Assembly: GCA_964446685.1 (NCBI GenBank)
Contig: CAYUPO010000001.1
Location: 38,912 to 102,911, forward strand
DNA length: 64,000 bases
From: an uncultured Gammaproteobacteria bacterium
GTDB taxonomy: Bacteria > Patescibacteriota > Microgenomatia > Daviesbacterales > UBA10151
Direction: 5' to 3'
How positions within the stretch are numbered: the stretch's first letter is position 1; each line of letters begins with the position of its first letter. The translations under genes were made by a program, and so were the position numbers. Below the pieces are notes generated by a model. It did no database searches. It saw only the letters and a list, made by a program, of their open reading frames with translations, and had not been told where the DNA came from. Of this stretch, positions 18,721 to 27,391 are shown one piece after another.

Positions 18721-20274
18721 ATGAAACATATCACTTTAGGGCGGATGCTCTTTTTTTATTTTCTGATAATTTACGCCTCTTTAAGTTATATCTTTGCTTT
18801 GGTGCTGGAAATTTATCATAACGATGCCATTTCCCGAACTGCTTTGGCTTTTTTTACAATTTTTGGCCGCGATCCTCATTTGGCGGCAATCGGTTTTGTC
18901 TGGCAACCATTACCAAGTTTGCTTCAAATCCCTTTTTTACTGCTGTTTAAATCAATCGGCTTAATGCTTTTGTCAGGACCCCTTGTGACCTCTCTTGCGG
19001 GAGCATTTTCAGTGGCAATCGTCTATAAAATTGGCCGGATCTTACTAAATAAGCAAAGCAAAATTTTGGCTTTAGTTGTGGCCATTTTATTTGGTCTAAA
19101 CCCGATGATTATTTTATATTCGATTGTTGGAACCAGTGAGATGATTTTTATGACCTGCCTACTGCTATCTTCTTATTATTTAATTCGCTATTTTTACCGG
19201 CATGATCAGGCCGGACTATTGCTGGCCAGTCTGGCCATGGCTGCTTCCTTTTGGTCACGCTATGAAGCTCTGCCGGCATTTGCCGGATCCGTCGGAGTAA
19301 TTAGTTTACACTTATTGATCCATAAAAATAATTTTAAAAAGATTGAATCCGTGGTTTTGCAATATAGTCTGCCATTTTTTTATTCAGTCTTAATCTGGAT
19401 ACTAGCTAACTGGCTGATTATGAAAGATCCGTTTTACTTTATGAACAGCCCGTACTCAAACGCTTCATTTACCACTATTTTTAAAAATAATCCTGGACTG
19501 TTGGGAAATTCTTATCAGTCACTGGTAAATAGTTTAATATTTGGTTTAGACCGTATTATTTACTTAGCTCCGGTTATTTTTCTGACACCATTAATAGGAA
19601 TTTATTTTATAAAAAAGGCTCATGAAAAACTGGAAGATTTATTGCTATTAGGATTTTTAACTTTTCCTTACCTTGCCATAATTTTTTTTCATGCCTATCA
19701 GTTGTATAAGGGTGAATCTTTTGGCTGGTTGAGATTTTTCATTTATGTTATTCCCTTAGGGGTCTTACTGTCATTTTATTTTATTCGGAAACATTGGCTT
19801 TTAGGGATCGCCACAATAGTGTTGTTAGGGGTAGGAATTTTCAGCAGTTGGTATGCAATTAACGATTCTTCCCTGGGCAGAGAAGAAAGATCGTTTGCTT
19901 TAAAACTGACCGATCCGATGGCTGAAGTTGATTTCTCCCGCACCTATCTTGATCAAAAAAAGGTGGCCCGTGAGATTGATAATTTGCCAGGCAAAGTGCT
20001 GATTGATACTGATAAGGGCTTTGCTGTTCCGATATTTTCCAAAGACCCAAACCGGTTTATTATTACCTCAGATATTGATTATCTGGATATTGTCAAAGAT
20101 TATCCAAACCAGGTCGACTGGGTGATAGTTCCTCAACCAGCTTCAGATGACAGAGGGCAAAATAAGATCTATGAATACTATCCAAAAATCTGGGAGGGGG
20201 ATGCTCCGTCAATAACCTTGCATCAACAGATTGAAGGTTGGAAAATTTATCAGGTCACAAAACCCCAGAGTTAA
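18721..20274 (+). CDS. GT-C fold membrane glycosyltransferase (ArnT/PMT-like), paralog 3
   Basis: NDAISRTALAFFTIFGRDPHLAAIGFVWQPLPSLLQIPFLLLFKSIGLMLLSGPLVTSLAGAF aligns with the loop-1 region of paralogs 1 and 2. Same 12-TM + C-terminal-domain architecture. Confidence 0.55.
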   Translation: MKHITLGRMLFFYFLIIYASLSYIFALVLEIYHNDAISRTALAFFTIFGRDPHLAAIGFVWQPLPSLLQIPFLLLFKSIGLMLLSGPLVTSLAGAFSVAIVYKIGRILLNKQSKILALVVAILFGLNPMIILYSIVGTSEMIFMTCLLLSSYYLIRYFYRHDQAGLLLASLAMAASFWSRYEALPAFAGSVGVISLHLLIHKNNFKKIESVVLQYSLPFFYSVLIWILANWLIMKDPFYFMNSPYSNASFTTIFKNNPGLLGNSYQSLVNSLIFGLDRIIYLAPVIFLTPLIGIYFIKKAHEKLEDLLLLGFLTFPYLAIIFFHAYQLYKGESFGWLRFFIYVIPLGVLLSFYFIRKHWLLGIATIVLLGVGIFSSWYAINDSSLGREERSFALKLTDPMAEVDFSRTYLDQKKVAREIDNLPGKVLIDTDKGFAVPIFSKDPNRFIITSDIDYLDIVKDYPNQVDWVIVPQPASDDRGQNKIYEYYPKIWEGDAPSITLHQQIEGWKIYQVTKPQS

Positions 20275-20342
20275 ATCCATTCAGCTTGATCTTGTGTGGT
20301 ATATTTAATATTACATTTTTTAACACTAAGGATCCAAAAACA

Positions 20343-21440
20343 ATGTCAGATGAAATAGTCACTCAGTTAAAATACATTATTAAAAAAGCAATCCTACTCC
20401 AGTCCAAATTAAATCTGGGAACAAGTATGTTGACTCCCACTAATTTATTGGAGGAAAGGGAGAAATTTTTTGCTTCAGCAGATTATAATCCGGTGTTTGT
20501 TTATAAGAAAAAGAAATTAATGGTCACAGAAGATGATATTGAGCTACTTTTAACAGATTTAAATAACCTGGAAATTGATCAGGATTTAAAAGATTATTTT
20601 TTTAATGCAATTTATAAATTTAAGCTGGTAAAAAAAACAATTGAAGCAATTGGCACTGATAATTTCGCATCATTTTCTAGTCAGCTGTTTAATATCTCCC
20701 AGACTGAAATTGATACTCATCTGAATATGATTCCAGAGCTCAAGTTTAATGAACCATCAAAAAAAGAGTTATGGTCTGCTCTGACAATCAAAAACCATTT
20801 TGAGCAAATTATTATGGAGCGGTATGGTTTGGATGAGGTGAAGATATTACTTGATGAATTTAATCCATTTACCATCAGAGTCAGTAACCAGAAAGTGATA
20901 GTTGGCGGAAAGATTAAAAGGTACTCTCACAACGTTGAGCGTCTGACTGTACATGAAATTGAAAGCCATGTTCTAAGACGCCAGAGTCTGCTTCAGACAA
21001 AAAATGTTTTACACCGATTGTCTTCCTATGATCAGTCTATTTTATATTCGGAAGGACTGGCTGTTTATAACGAGATCACAACCGGAAAGATTACTGAATC
21101 AGCAATGAATATTTATATTAATAGGATGCAGTCTGTAAACCGGATTCATCTGAGTTTTAGAGAAATTTACAACTATCTGATCAATTTTCTTGAACCAAAA
21201 ATTGCCTTTATCATGACTTACCGGGTAAAAAGAGGGATGCGCGATACTTCACAGCCAGGCGGATTTAAAAAAGATGCCTATTATCTGATGGGATATTTTA
21301 GAGTGAAAGAGTTTGTTGATAAAGGTGGAGATATTAAAGATTTATACCGATTTGCATTACCGGAGCTAATTACTTTACTCCGAAAACATAATCTCGCGAG
21401 TACAAAATATACAATTTTGCCCCGCTTTCTTAGTTCATAA
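20343..21440 (+). CDS. DUF1704 family ('QEGLA-motif' protein; MATCAP-like putative metallocarboxypeptidase)
   Basis: HExxxH-type motif VHEIESHVLRRQS and SEGLAV (QEGLA-like) motif. Start refined to ATG at 20343 (aagga ~12 nt upstream); the track start at 20238 overlaps the preceding gene. Confidence 0.45.
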   Translation: MSDEIVTQLKYIIKKAILLQSKLNLGTSMLTPTNLLEEREKFFASADYNPVFVYKKKKLMVTEDDIELLLTDLNNLEIDQDLKDYFFNAIYKFKLVKKTIEAIGTDNFASFSSQLFNISQTEIDTHLNMIPELKFNEPSKKELWSALTIKNHFEQIIMERYGLDEVKILLDEFNPFTIRVSNQKVIVGGKIKRYSHNVERLTVHEIESHVLRRQSLLQTKNVLHRLSSYDQSILYSEGLAVYNEITTGKITESAMNIYINRMQSVNRIHLSFREIYNYLINFLEPKIAFIMTYRVKRGMRDTSQPGGFKKDAYYLMGYFRVKEFVDKGGDIKDLYRFALPELITLLRKHNLASTKYTILPRFLSS

Positions 21441-21468
21441 ATTATTATCTAAGTTAACTGTTTGATTT

Positions 21469-21760
21469 GTCATGTCGAGCCCTTCGACTTCGCTCAGGAC
21501 AGGCGAGGAGCGACCCGTCCACATCGCTTCACGAAGTGATGCGGGTGGAGAGATCTAATTATTAAAAACTGGTTAGTTCTTTGTAAGTCTTGAGATTTCT
21601 CACTTCGTTCGAAATGACAGAAAAATAGATTTTGGCGACCCCTTCTGTCATCTCGAGTCCTTCGACTTCGTTCAGGGCCTGAATGACAGAATAAAGCAGA
21701 TTTTGACAACTCCTTCTGTCATCTCGAGCGAGGAGCGAGAGATCTCTAGATTAAAACTAA
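21469..21760. mobile_element. Cluster of three MITE-like elements of the GTCATYTCGAG family (full inverted copy ~21469-21618; 41-bp mini-palindrome ~21647-21687; solo right end ~21718-21757)
   Basis: Reverse strand of 21469-21618 reads gtcatttcgaacgaagtgagaaatc...ctcgacatgac. gtcatctcgagtccttcgacttcgttcagggcctgaatgac is palindromic. gtcatctcgagcgaggagcgagagatctctagattaaaac is near-identical to the rc of the 32.7 kb copy end. ORF 21494..21709 lies entirely inside these repeats. Confidence 0.6.
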
Positions 21761-21798
21761 GGTTATTAATATTTATGCTGGGTCAACTTCTGATTCTT

Positions 21799-22653
21799 TC
21801 ATTTAATAGCAGCTTCTATAACTAATCTTCCTAAGTCTATTCCGCTAATCTCTTTAAACCTATTAAACTGTGGACTTAAATTGGCTTCTAGAAAATAATA
21901 TTTGCCTGACTGAGTCAGTATTACATCCACTCCCAGAAAATCAGCCCCCAAATATTCACTCAGTTTTAGACAATCTTTTATAATCTGTGGATTTTCTATC
22001 CTAAAAAGCTTATCGACCTTGACTGATAATCTGTTGTTACCTCTGATTGATGGCTTTCTGGTGACAGCACCAATAATTTTTTGATTTAAAATATTAATCC
22101 GGATATCTGTCTTAAAATCTATTTTTTTCTGAAATATAAACTTATTAATTCTGTTTTTGGTTTTGGTAAATACATCATCTGAAGAACCTACCAAAAAATT
22201 GCCTTTGGAACGGCTGCTAATTCTTTTTTTTACAACCAAAGGATAACTGACTTTGTTTTCCTGGAAATGATGTTTATTCTGAAAAAAATAAGTCATTGGA
22301 GTTGGGATTTTAAGAACATCAAAAATTTGTGACTGAAACAGTTTATCTTCATAAAAAGGTGAAAGTGTCGATAAAACATTTTTATCTAAAACTATATTTT
22401 TGGCAAATCTAATAAATAATATTTTAACCCAGTAATTAAAATCCATTAAATTTACTGCATCCCACGGCCAGCGAATCAGTATTTTATCTTTCAAACCGAC
22501 TTTCAGTAACTGGTGATTTACAAAGATTTGATTATCCTCAAGATGCAGATGAGAAAAATAGATTACTTTAGTTTCAACTTCAACATCTTTTGCTCCAGAT
22601 AAAAGCAGTGGTAATGAAAGATCTTTATGAGTAGTGAAAATATATAAAACCAT
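21799..22653 (-). CDS. ATP-grasp fold ligase (RimK/GshB/LysX-like)
   Basis: Central PLVVKKRISSRSKGNFLV and C-terminal GADFLGVDVILTQSGKYYFLEANLSPQF match the ATP-grasp nucleotide-binding core. AT-rich gene. Confidence 0.55.
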   Translation of the reverse strand: MVLYIFTTHKDLSLPLLLSGAKDVEVETKVIYFSHLHLEDNQIFVNHQLLKVGLKDKILIRWPWDAVNLMDFNYWVKILFIRFAKNIVLDKNVLSTLSPFYEDKLFQSQIFDVLKIPTPMTYFFQNKHHFQENKVSYPLVVKKRISSRSKGNFLVGSSDDVFTKTKNRINKFIFQKKIDFKTDIRINILNQKIIGAVTRKPSIRGNNRLSVKVDKLFRIENPQIIKDCLKLSEYLGADFLGVDVILTQSGKYYFLEANLSPQFNRFKEISGIDLGRLVIEAAIK

Positions 22654-22732
22654 ATTAGTCTAAATCTTTACCTGATTATACATCCAAAGTAAACAGCTTA
22701 GTCTGGAAGATTTATGATTTTTGATTTTTGAT

Positions 22733-23848
22733 TTATGATTTAAGGTATTTGTTAAAAAAAGAGATCGTGTTTTGCATGGCAGAGTTAAAACTTGTTCCGG
22801 AAATATTGTGTCCGCCATCAAGGTATTCATGTAATTCATGTGGAACGTCTGTCTGGTCTAAAAGTTTATTTAAATTACGACTGTATTCGATAGAGACCAC
22901 ATCATCATTCACTGCATGATTTAACTGAATTGCGCCTTTTAGATCTGTTAAATAATTTGCCGGAGCTACCTGTTTCCAAAACCAACTATCGGACGTAGGA
23001 TCTCCATAAAGTTGTCTTAGCTGCTGTCTTTTTCTTTGTCTTTCAGTATCAGAGGGCTGAGGCTGATAACTTGAATCCTGGATTCCATATTGCTGCATAT
23101 CAGTATAGGTATAAACAGCCCCTGCCCAAATTACGGCTGCCGGTATCTCTGGCATAGCCGCCATCGATCGTAAAGCGACATTCCCAGCCATACTATGCCC
23201 CCATAAACCAATTTTTTGTTTATTCACAAAATCAGCTGACTGCAGAGCTTTATAAGCATTTAAAGTATCTGTGACATAATCCCCGGAATAATAGCCCCCT
23301 CCTGGTTCACCTTCTGAGTTACCATGACCTCTTAAATCAATTTTAAAAACTACAAAGCCACTTCTGGCCAGGGATGCTACATGATCCAAATATCTGGTTT
23401 GAGTCTGATACTGATTTGGTGGAATATAACCATGTATAAAAACGATAGCCGGAAATCCCTCCTCAGGTTTTTCTCCATCAGGAATAGTTAATAAGCCATT
23501 TACTTTCAATCCGTCTGAAGAAAAACTGCTGAGATATGATGTGTAGTTGCCGTTATCAGTAATTTTTTGAAGTTCCCCCAGTGAGCTCTGATAGTTTTTT
23601 TGCCGCAGATAAGGCACTGTCAGCTCTTGGAATGGAAATGGAGTGGCTGATGGAGATATCTTCTCATTGCCCTGCTGAATGGCTGAAGCTAGTTCAGCCT
23701 TGGGAGAGGCCGATTTTGAAACTAACAAGGCAATCATGATCGCACTGACAATCAGTAAAACACAGATTATTCCTCCAATAATCAGTTTTTTATGGCTCGG
23801 GTTTGAGGATGGGAGAGTATCGGGAATCATTTCCGGAGAATTTGGCAT
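22733..23848 (-). CDS. Membrane-anchored alpha/beta hydrolase (S9 peptidase/dienelactone hydrolase-like)
   Basis: N-terminal TM (IIGGIICVLLIVSAIMIALLV). Nucleophile elbow GLWGHSMAGN (GxSxG). Acidic/His residues downstream. Confidence 0.6.
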   Translation of the reverse strand: MPNSPEMIPDTLPSSNPSHKKLIIGGIICVLLIVSAIMIALLVSKSASPKAELASAIQQGNEKISPSATPFPFQELTVPYLRQKNYQSSLGELQKITDNGNYTSYLSSFSSDGLKVNGLLTIPDGEKPEEGFPAIVFIHGYIPPNQYQTQTRYLDHVASLARSGFVVFKIDLRGHGNSEGEPGGGYYSGDYVTDTLNAYKALQSADFVNKQKIGLWGHSMAGNVALRSMAAMPEIPAAVIWAGAVYTYTDMQQYGIQDSSYQPQPSDTERQRKRQQLRQLYGDPTSDSWFWKQVAPANYLTDLKGAIQLNHAVNDDVVSIEYSRNLNKLLDQTDVPHELHEYLDGGHNISGTSFNSAMQNTISFFNKYLKS

Positions 23849-23907
23849 GGGTAATAGTGTAATACATCAATGTAAATTTTCCAACCAATATCCCTCTTTT
23901 TTTTGGT

Positions 23908-23913
23908 TATAAT
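23908..23913 (+). promoter_or_regulatory. Candidate -10 box (TATAAT) 6 nt upstream of murJ ATG; possible leaderless transcript
   Basis: ttttttttggttataatgaaacaATG. No Shine-Dalgarno between -10 and start. Confidence 0.25.
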
Positions 23914-23919
23914 GAAACA

Positions 23920-25404
23920 ATGTCGACCCTTTTTAAAGCTTCCCTGTTGCTGACTTTTTTCTTTGGCATCAATAAACTAGTCGCTCTGGGAAGGCAAGCC
24001 TTAATTGCTAAACAGTTCGGATTCTCACCAGAGATAGACGCCTTTAATGTTGCCAATAACGTACCAGATCTACTTTTTTCACTGATTACTGGTGGAGCAC
24101 TGGCTGTGGCATTTATTCCGGTTTTATCTGATTATCTGGAAAAAAGAGGCTATACACATGCCTGGAGGCTCTTTTCAATTGTGGCCAACTTAGTTTTCCT
24201 AACTACTGCAGTACTTTCTGTGATCGTGGCTATTTTTGCTCATAATCTGGTAACTTCTCAGTTTGGTATTGCTCCCGGTTTTACTACAGAGCAGCAAAAT
24301 CTGGCAACTCAGCTGATGAGATACAACTTAATCGCCACTTTAATTTTTTCCCTGAGTGGATTGGTGATGGCCGGACTTCAGGCACATAAACATTTTTTGC
24401 TCCCGGCAATCGCTCCTATTTTATACAACCTAGGACTTATTTTTGGGGCGGTTTTTCTGGTGCCTTACTTTGGCGTTTTTGGATTGGTTTACGGAGTGAT
24501 AATTGGTGCAGTTTTGCATCTGGTTGTTCAACTCCCTGGTCTTTGGTATTACAAGTTTAAATGGTCTGCTTCGCTGGATTTAAAAGAACCAGGTGTCAGA
24601 CAAACTTTGTTACTGATGGGACCGCGAATTTTGACTGTTTTATTTATTCAGGTTATTTTTCTGGCACGGGACAACTTCGCATCCCGTCTGGCAGAAGGCT
24701 CTGTAACAGCACTGACTTATGGATACTTTATAATGCAGGTTCCTGAAACACTGATAGGTACAGCCATCGCCACTGCTCTTTTGCCTACACTTTCAACACT
24801 GGTGGCTGAAGATAAAAAAGCCGAATTTTCCCAACTGATGAACCGGGCAATTAATGTGATTTTGGCAATCACCGTACTCACCGCCACAATTTTATCAGTC
24901 AGTCTGGAATATCTTTTAGAACCGGTTTTTGGTTTTAATCCCAGCCAAACCGGATTACTGGTCTGGACAACCAGAGCTTATCTTCTGGGGCTGCTGGGCC
25001 AATGTATACTAGAAGTAATCACCAGAGCTTTTTATTCACAGAAAAATGCTCGTACTCCACTGATTGCAACCTGCATCAGAATGATTGCTTTTCTGGGACT
25101 TGCAGTGCTTCTAGTCTCCCCACTCAATGCAGTAGGTCTGGCCTTGGCTGATTCACTAACTATTACTCTGGAAGTAGCGATTTTGCTTTATCTAATGAAA
25201 AGGTCATCACCGGAATTTTTCAGACCGTATAAAACAATAATCCACTTAACACTTGCTTCGGTAGCCAGCGGGGCTATTATTTACGGACTAATTTACCTGT
25301 CCCCCTTGCCCATACTGGCAACAGTTATTATTGGAATGATTATTGGAGGCTTGGCAGGACTATGGTTTATAAGGCAGGAAATAAAAGTCTTGTTAAAACT
25401 TTAA
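23920..25404 (+). CDS. murJ: Lipid II flippase MurJ (MviN)
   Basis: N-terminus LLTFFFGINKLVALGRQALIAKQFGFSPEIDAFNVANNVPDLLFSLITGGALAVAFIPV is the characteristic MurJ start. 14 TM, 494 aa. Confidence 0.8.
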   Translation: MSTLFKASLLLTFFFGINKLVALGRQALIAKQFGFSPEIDAFNVANNVPDLLFSLITGGALAVAFIPVLSDYLEKRGYTHAWRLFSIVANLVFLTTAVLSVIVAIFAHNLVTSQFGIAPGFTTEQQNLATQLMRYNLIATLIFSLSGLVMAGLQAHKHFLLPAIAPILYNLGLIFGAVFLVPYFGVFGLVYGVIIGAVLHLVVQLPGLWYYKFKWSASLDLKEPGVRQTLLLMGPRILTVLFIQVIFLARDNFASRLAEGSVTALTYGYFIMQVPETLIGTAIATALLPTLSTLVAEDKKAEFSQLMNRAINVILAITVLTATILSVSLEYLLEPVFGFNPSQTGLLVWTTRAYLLGLLGQCILEVITRAFYSQKNARTPLIATCIRMIAFLGLAVLLVSPLNAVGLALADSLTITLEVAILLYLMKRSSPEFFRPYKTIIHLTLASVASGAIIYGLIYLSPLPILATVIIGMIIGGLAGLWFIRQEIKVLLKL

Positions 25405-25411
25405 ATGATTT

Positions 25412-25439
25412 TAGTCTTTAGTCTTTAGTCTTTAGTCTT
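25412..25439. repeat. Tandem 7-bp repeat TAGTCTT x4
   Basis: ttagtctttagtctttagtctttagtcttt between murJ stop and the 3' end of the convergent gene 25425..25922. Confidence 0.8.
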
Positions 25440-25922
25440 TATTCGGGTTATTATAATAGTTTCTCTTTTTGATCTATCATCTCTGTCATTTCTAAGATTA
25501 ATCCTGCGACGATCATGTTCTAAAGCCCGATCAAAATAACCTCGATCTGGAAAGACATGATGCACAGTATGAAGAGTTTCCTGAATACGATCTAAGTCTT
25601 CAGTAGTTCGATCATTTCGAGCACACCAAGTCCAGCGAGCTATCAAAGCACCTTCCGAAGCTAATGCAACTGCCATTACTCCAAGGGCCGGTTCACGATA
25701 ACCGGCTGCTGCGGTTAAAACTGATGCAGCAATCCCTCCAAAAAAACCGGTCTGTAAAGCAGGGTATAACCATTTATTAAGCCTCAAAGAGCCTCTGATT
25801 TCTGCTTCATCAGCCAATAAGGCTTGTTTATGTGCTTCACGACGATCAGCCCCTCTTTGGGCACTAGCCAATCTTGCTTTCTTGATGTTAGATGGAAGTG
25901 ATGGTTTTTCACGGCGCGGCAT
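25425..25922 (-). CDS. Hypothetical small membrane protein, compositionally atypical (GC ~46%)
   Basis: 165 aa. Arg-rich N-terminus, one or two hydrophobic helices (GFFGGIAASVLTAAAGY), charged C-terminus. GC clearly above flanking genes. Confidence 0.4.
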   Translation of the reverse strand: MPRREKPSLPSNIKKARLASAQRGADRREAHKQALLADEAEIRGSLRLNKWLYPALQTGFFGGIAASVLTAAAGYREPALGVMAVALASEGALIARWTWCARNDRTTEDLDRIQETLHTVHHVFPDRGYFDRALEHDRRRINLRNDRDDRSKRETIIITRIKTKD

Positions 25923-25996
25923 TCTAGTATTATAATCAACACTAATTGTAAGTCAAGCATAGATTAGATTGCCAGTATAGGAATTACTGGATGTCC

Positions 25997-27241
25997 TTAT
26001 TTTTTAAAGACTTCATCTTGTGTATGATTGTGATAATTGCGCAGTTGAGGGACTTTCCACCAGATGAAGAGTGTGGCGAAGACTGTGGCTATGCCTCCGG
26101 ATACAACGGAAAATGGAGCTCCGAGGAAATGGGCGACAAAGCCGGCTTCTGTTTCGCCGATCATTGGGCCACCTTGGATAAATAAGGTGTTTACAGCCAG
26201 CATTCTGCCTCTTAAATGATCCGGTGTGATCATCTGGCGGATAGTATTTCGAAGGACTGTAGAAATCATATCGCCTACACCTACTAAACTAAGCAGTATC
26301 ATGGCCAAATAAAAAGAATTGGTCAATCCAAACAAAGCAGTGGCAGCGCCATATAAAATTACCGAGCTTAAAATAATCTTTCCCTGATTTCTGATAGTTC
26401 CAAGAGATGCCATGACTAAGCCAGCGATGATTGATCCCAATGCCGGTGCTGCGTATAAAAAGCCTAAACCCTGAGGGCCAACAGCAAAGATGTCTTTGGC
26501 AAAAATTGGTAAAAGCGTGGTAGCGGATGAGAAAAAATTGGCGATAAAATCCAGCAGCATGGTGTAAAAAAGGATTGGATTTGTCCAGACAAAATGAATT
26601 CCATCCCACATTGATTTAAAGGAATATGAGATCTCATGAGCTTTATCATGCATCATTATTTTCAGTGGTGCTAAAGTTGCAATATATAGTACAAATGAAA
26701 CAGTATTTAAGAAATAAATACTGCCGACATCCCAGTACTGGATCATGAATCCGGCGATAGCAGGACCAATTACCAGCGAAAGCTGGCGACTGATTGTTTG
26801 TAAACTAAAAGCATTTATTAAATAATCTTTTGGCACCAACTGAGGAATGATTGCTTGGCGAGTAGGACCTTGGAAAGACCTGGCGGCAAATGTTAAAAAT
26901 ACCACCAGATAAATCATCCAAGGCTGAGTAGCCCCGTTAAACGTTGTAATTGCAAGCAATAAGGAAAATAAACAGGGTAATAACTGAGAGATCATCAGCA
27001 GTTTTTTTCGATCCCATTTATCAGCCAGCAATCCGGCTGGCAGGGCAAAAATAATTACTCCCAGAAATCCGGCCAGACCAATTAATCCAAGAGAAACTGC
27101 AGAATTAGTTAACTCATAGATCTGCCAATTGATAGCCACCAGCTGCATCTGAGAACCTATTTCAGACAGAACTGTGCCAGTGTAATACAGCCGAAACTCA
27201 GGAAACCGCAAAGAAGCAAAAGCTTTTAACTTATGAAGCAT
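25997..27241 (-). CDS. MFS family transporter
   Basis: 12 TM. MFS signature-like GLLADKWDRKKLLMISQ between TM2-3. Confidence 0.65.
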   Translation of the reverse strand: MLHKLKAFASLRFPEFRLYYTGTVLSEIGSQMQLVAINWQIYELTNSAVSLGLIGLAGFLGVIIFALPAGLLADKWDRKKLLMISQLLPCLFSLLLAITTFNGATQPWMIYLVVFLTFAARSFQGPTRQAIIPQLVPKDYLINAFSLQTISRQLSLVIGPAIAGFMIQYWDVGSIYFLNTVSFVLYIATLAPLKIMMHDKAHEISYSFKSMWDGIHFVWTNPILFYTMLLDFIANFFSSATTLLPIFAKDIFAVGPQGLGFLYAAPALGSIIAGLVMASLGTIRNQGKIILSSVILYGAATALFGLTNSFYLAMILLSLVGVGDMISTVLRNTIRQMITPDHLRGRMLAVNTLFIQGGPMIGETEAGFVAHFLGAPFSVVSGGIATVFATLFIWWKVPQLRNYHNHTQDEVFKK

Positions 27242-27261
27242 AAAGATAATTATACTTAAAA

Positions 27262-27381
27262 AATTTCTAATTACTAATTTCTAATTAACCTAAATAAATC
27301 CAAATGACTAATAAACCACCTTTTTAGACATTTATGATTTAGACCTTATTTAGGAATTAGTATTTAGGGTACTTAGAAATT
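27262..27381. promoter_or_regulatory. Second copy of the AATTTCTAATTACTAATTTCTAA / AATGACTAATAAA composite motif with downstream inverted partner, upstream of the MFS gene start
   Basis: aaatttctaattactaatttctaattaacctaaataaatccaaatgactaataaacc ... aattagtatttagggtacttagaaatt. Shares both words with the 3287-3424 element. Confidence 0.45.
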
Positions 27382-27391
27382 CTTAAAGCTT

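Noticed and set aside
20238-20342. Upstream extension of the DUF1704-like ORF
   Set aside because: Overlaps the end of GT-C paralog 3 by 37 bp. An internal ATG with an aagga RBS-like sequence at 20343 is a more plausible start.
21494-21709. 71-aa ORF (MSKSALFCHSGPERSRRTRDDRRGRQN...)
   Set aside because: Lies entirely within the GC-rich MITE-like repeat cluster. The Arg-rich translation is a by-product of repeat sequence.
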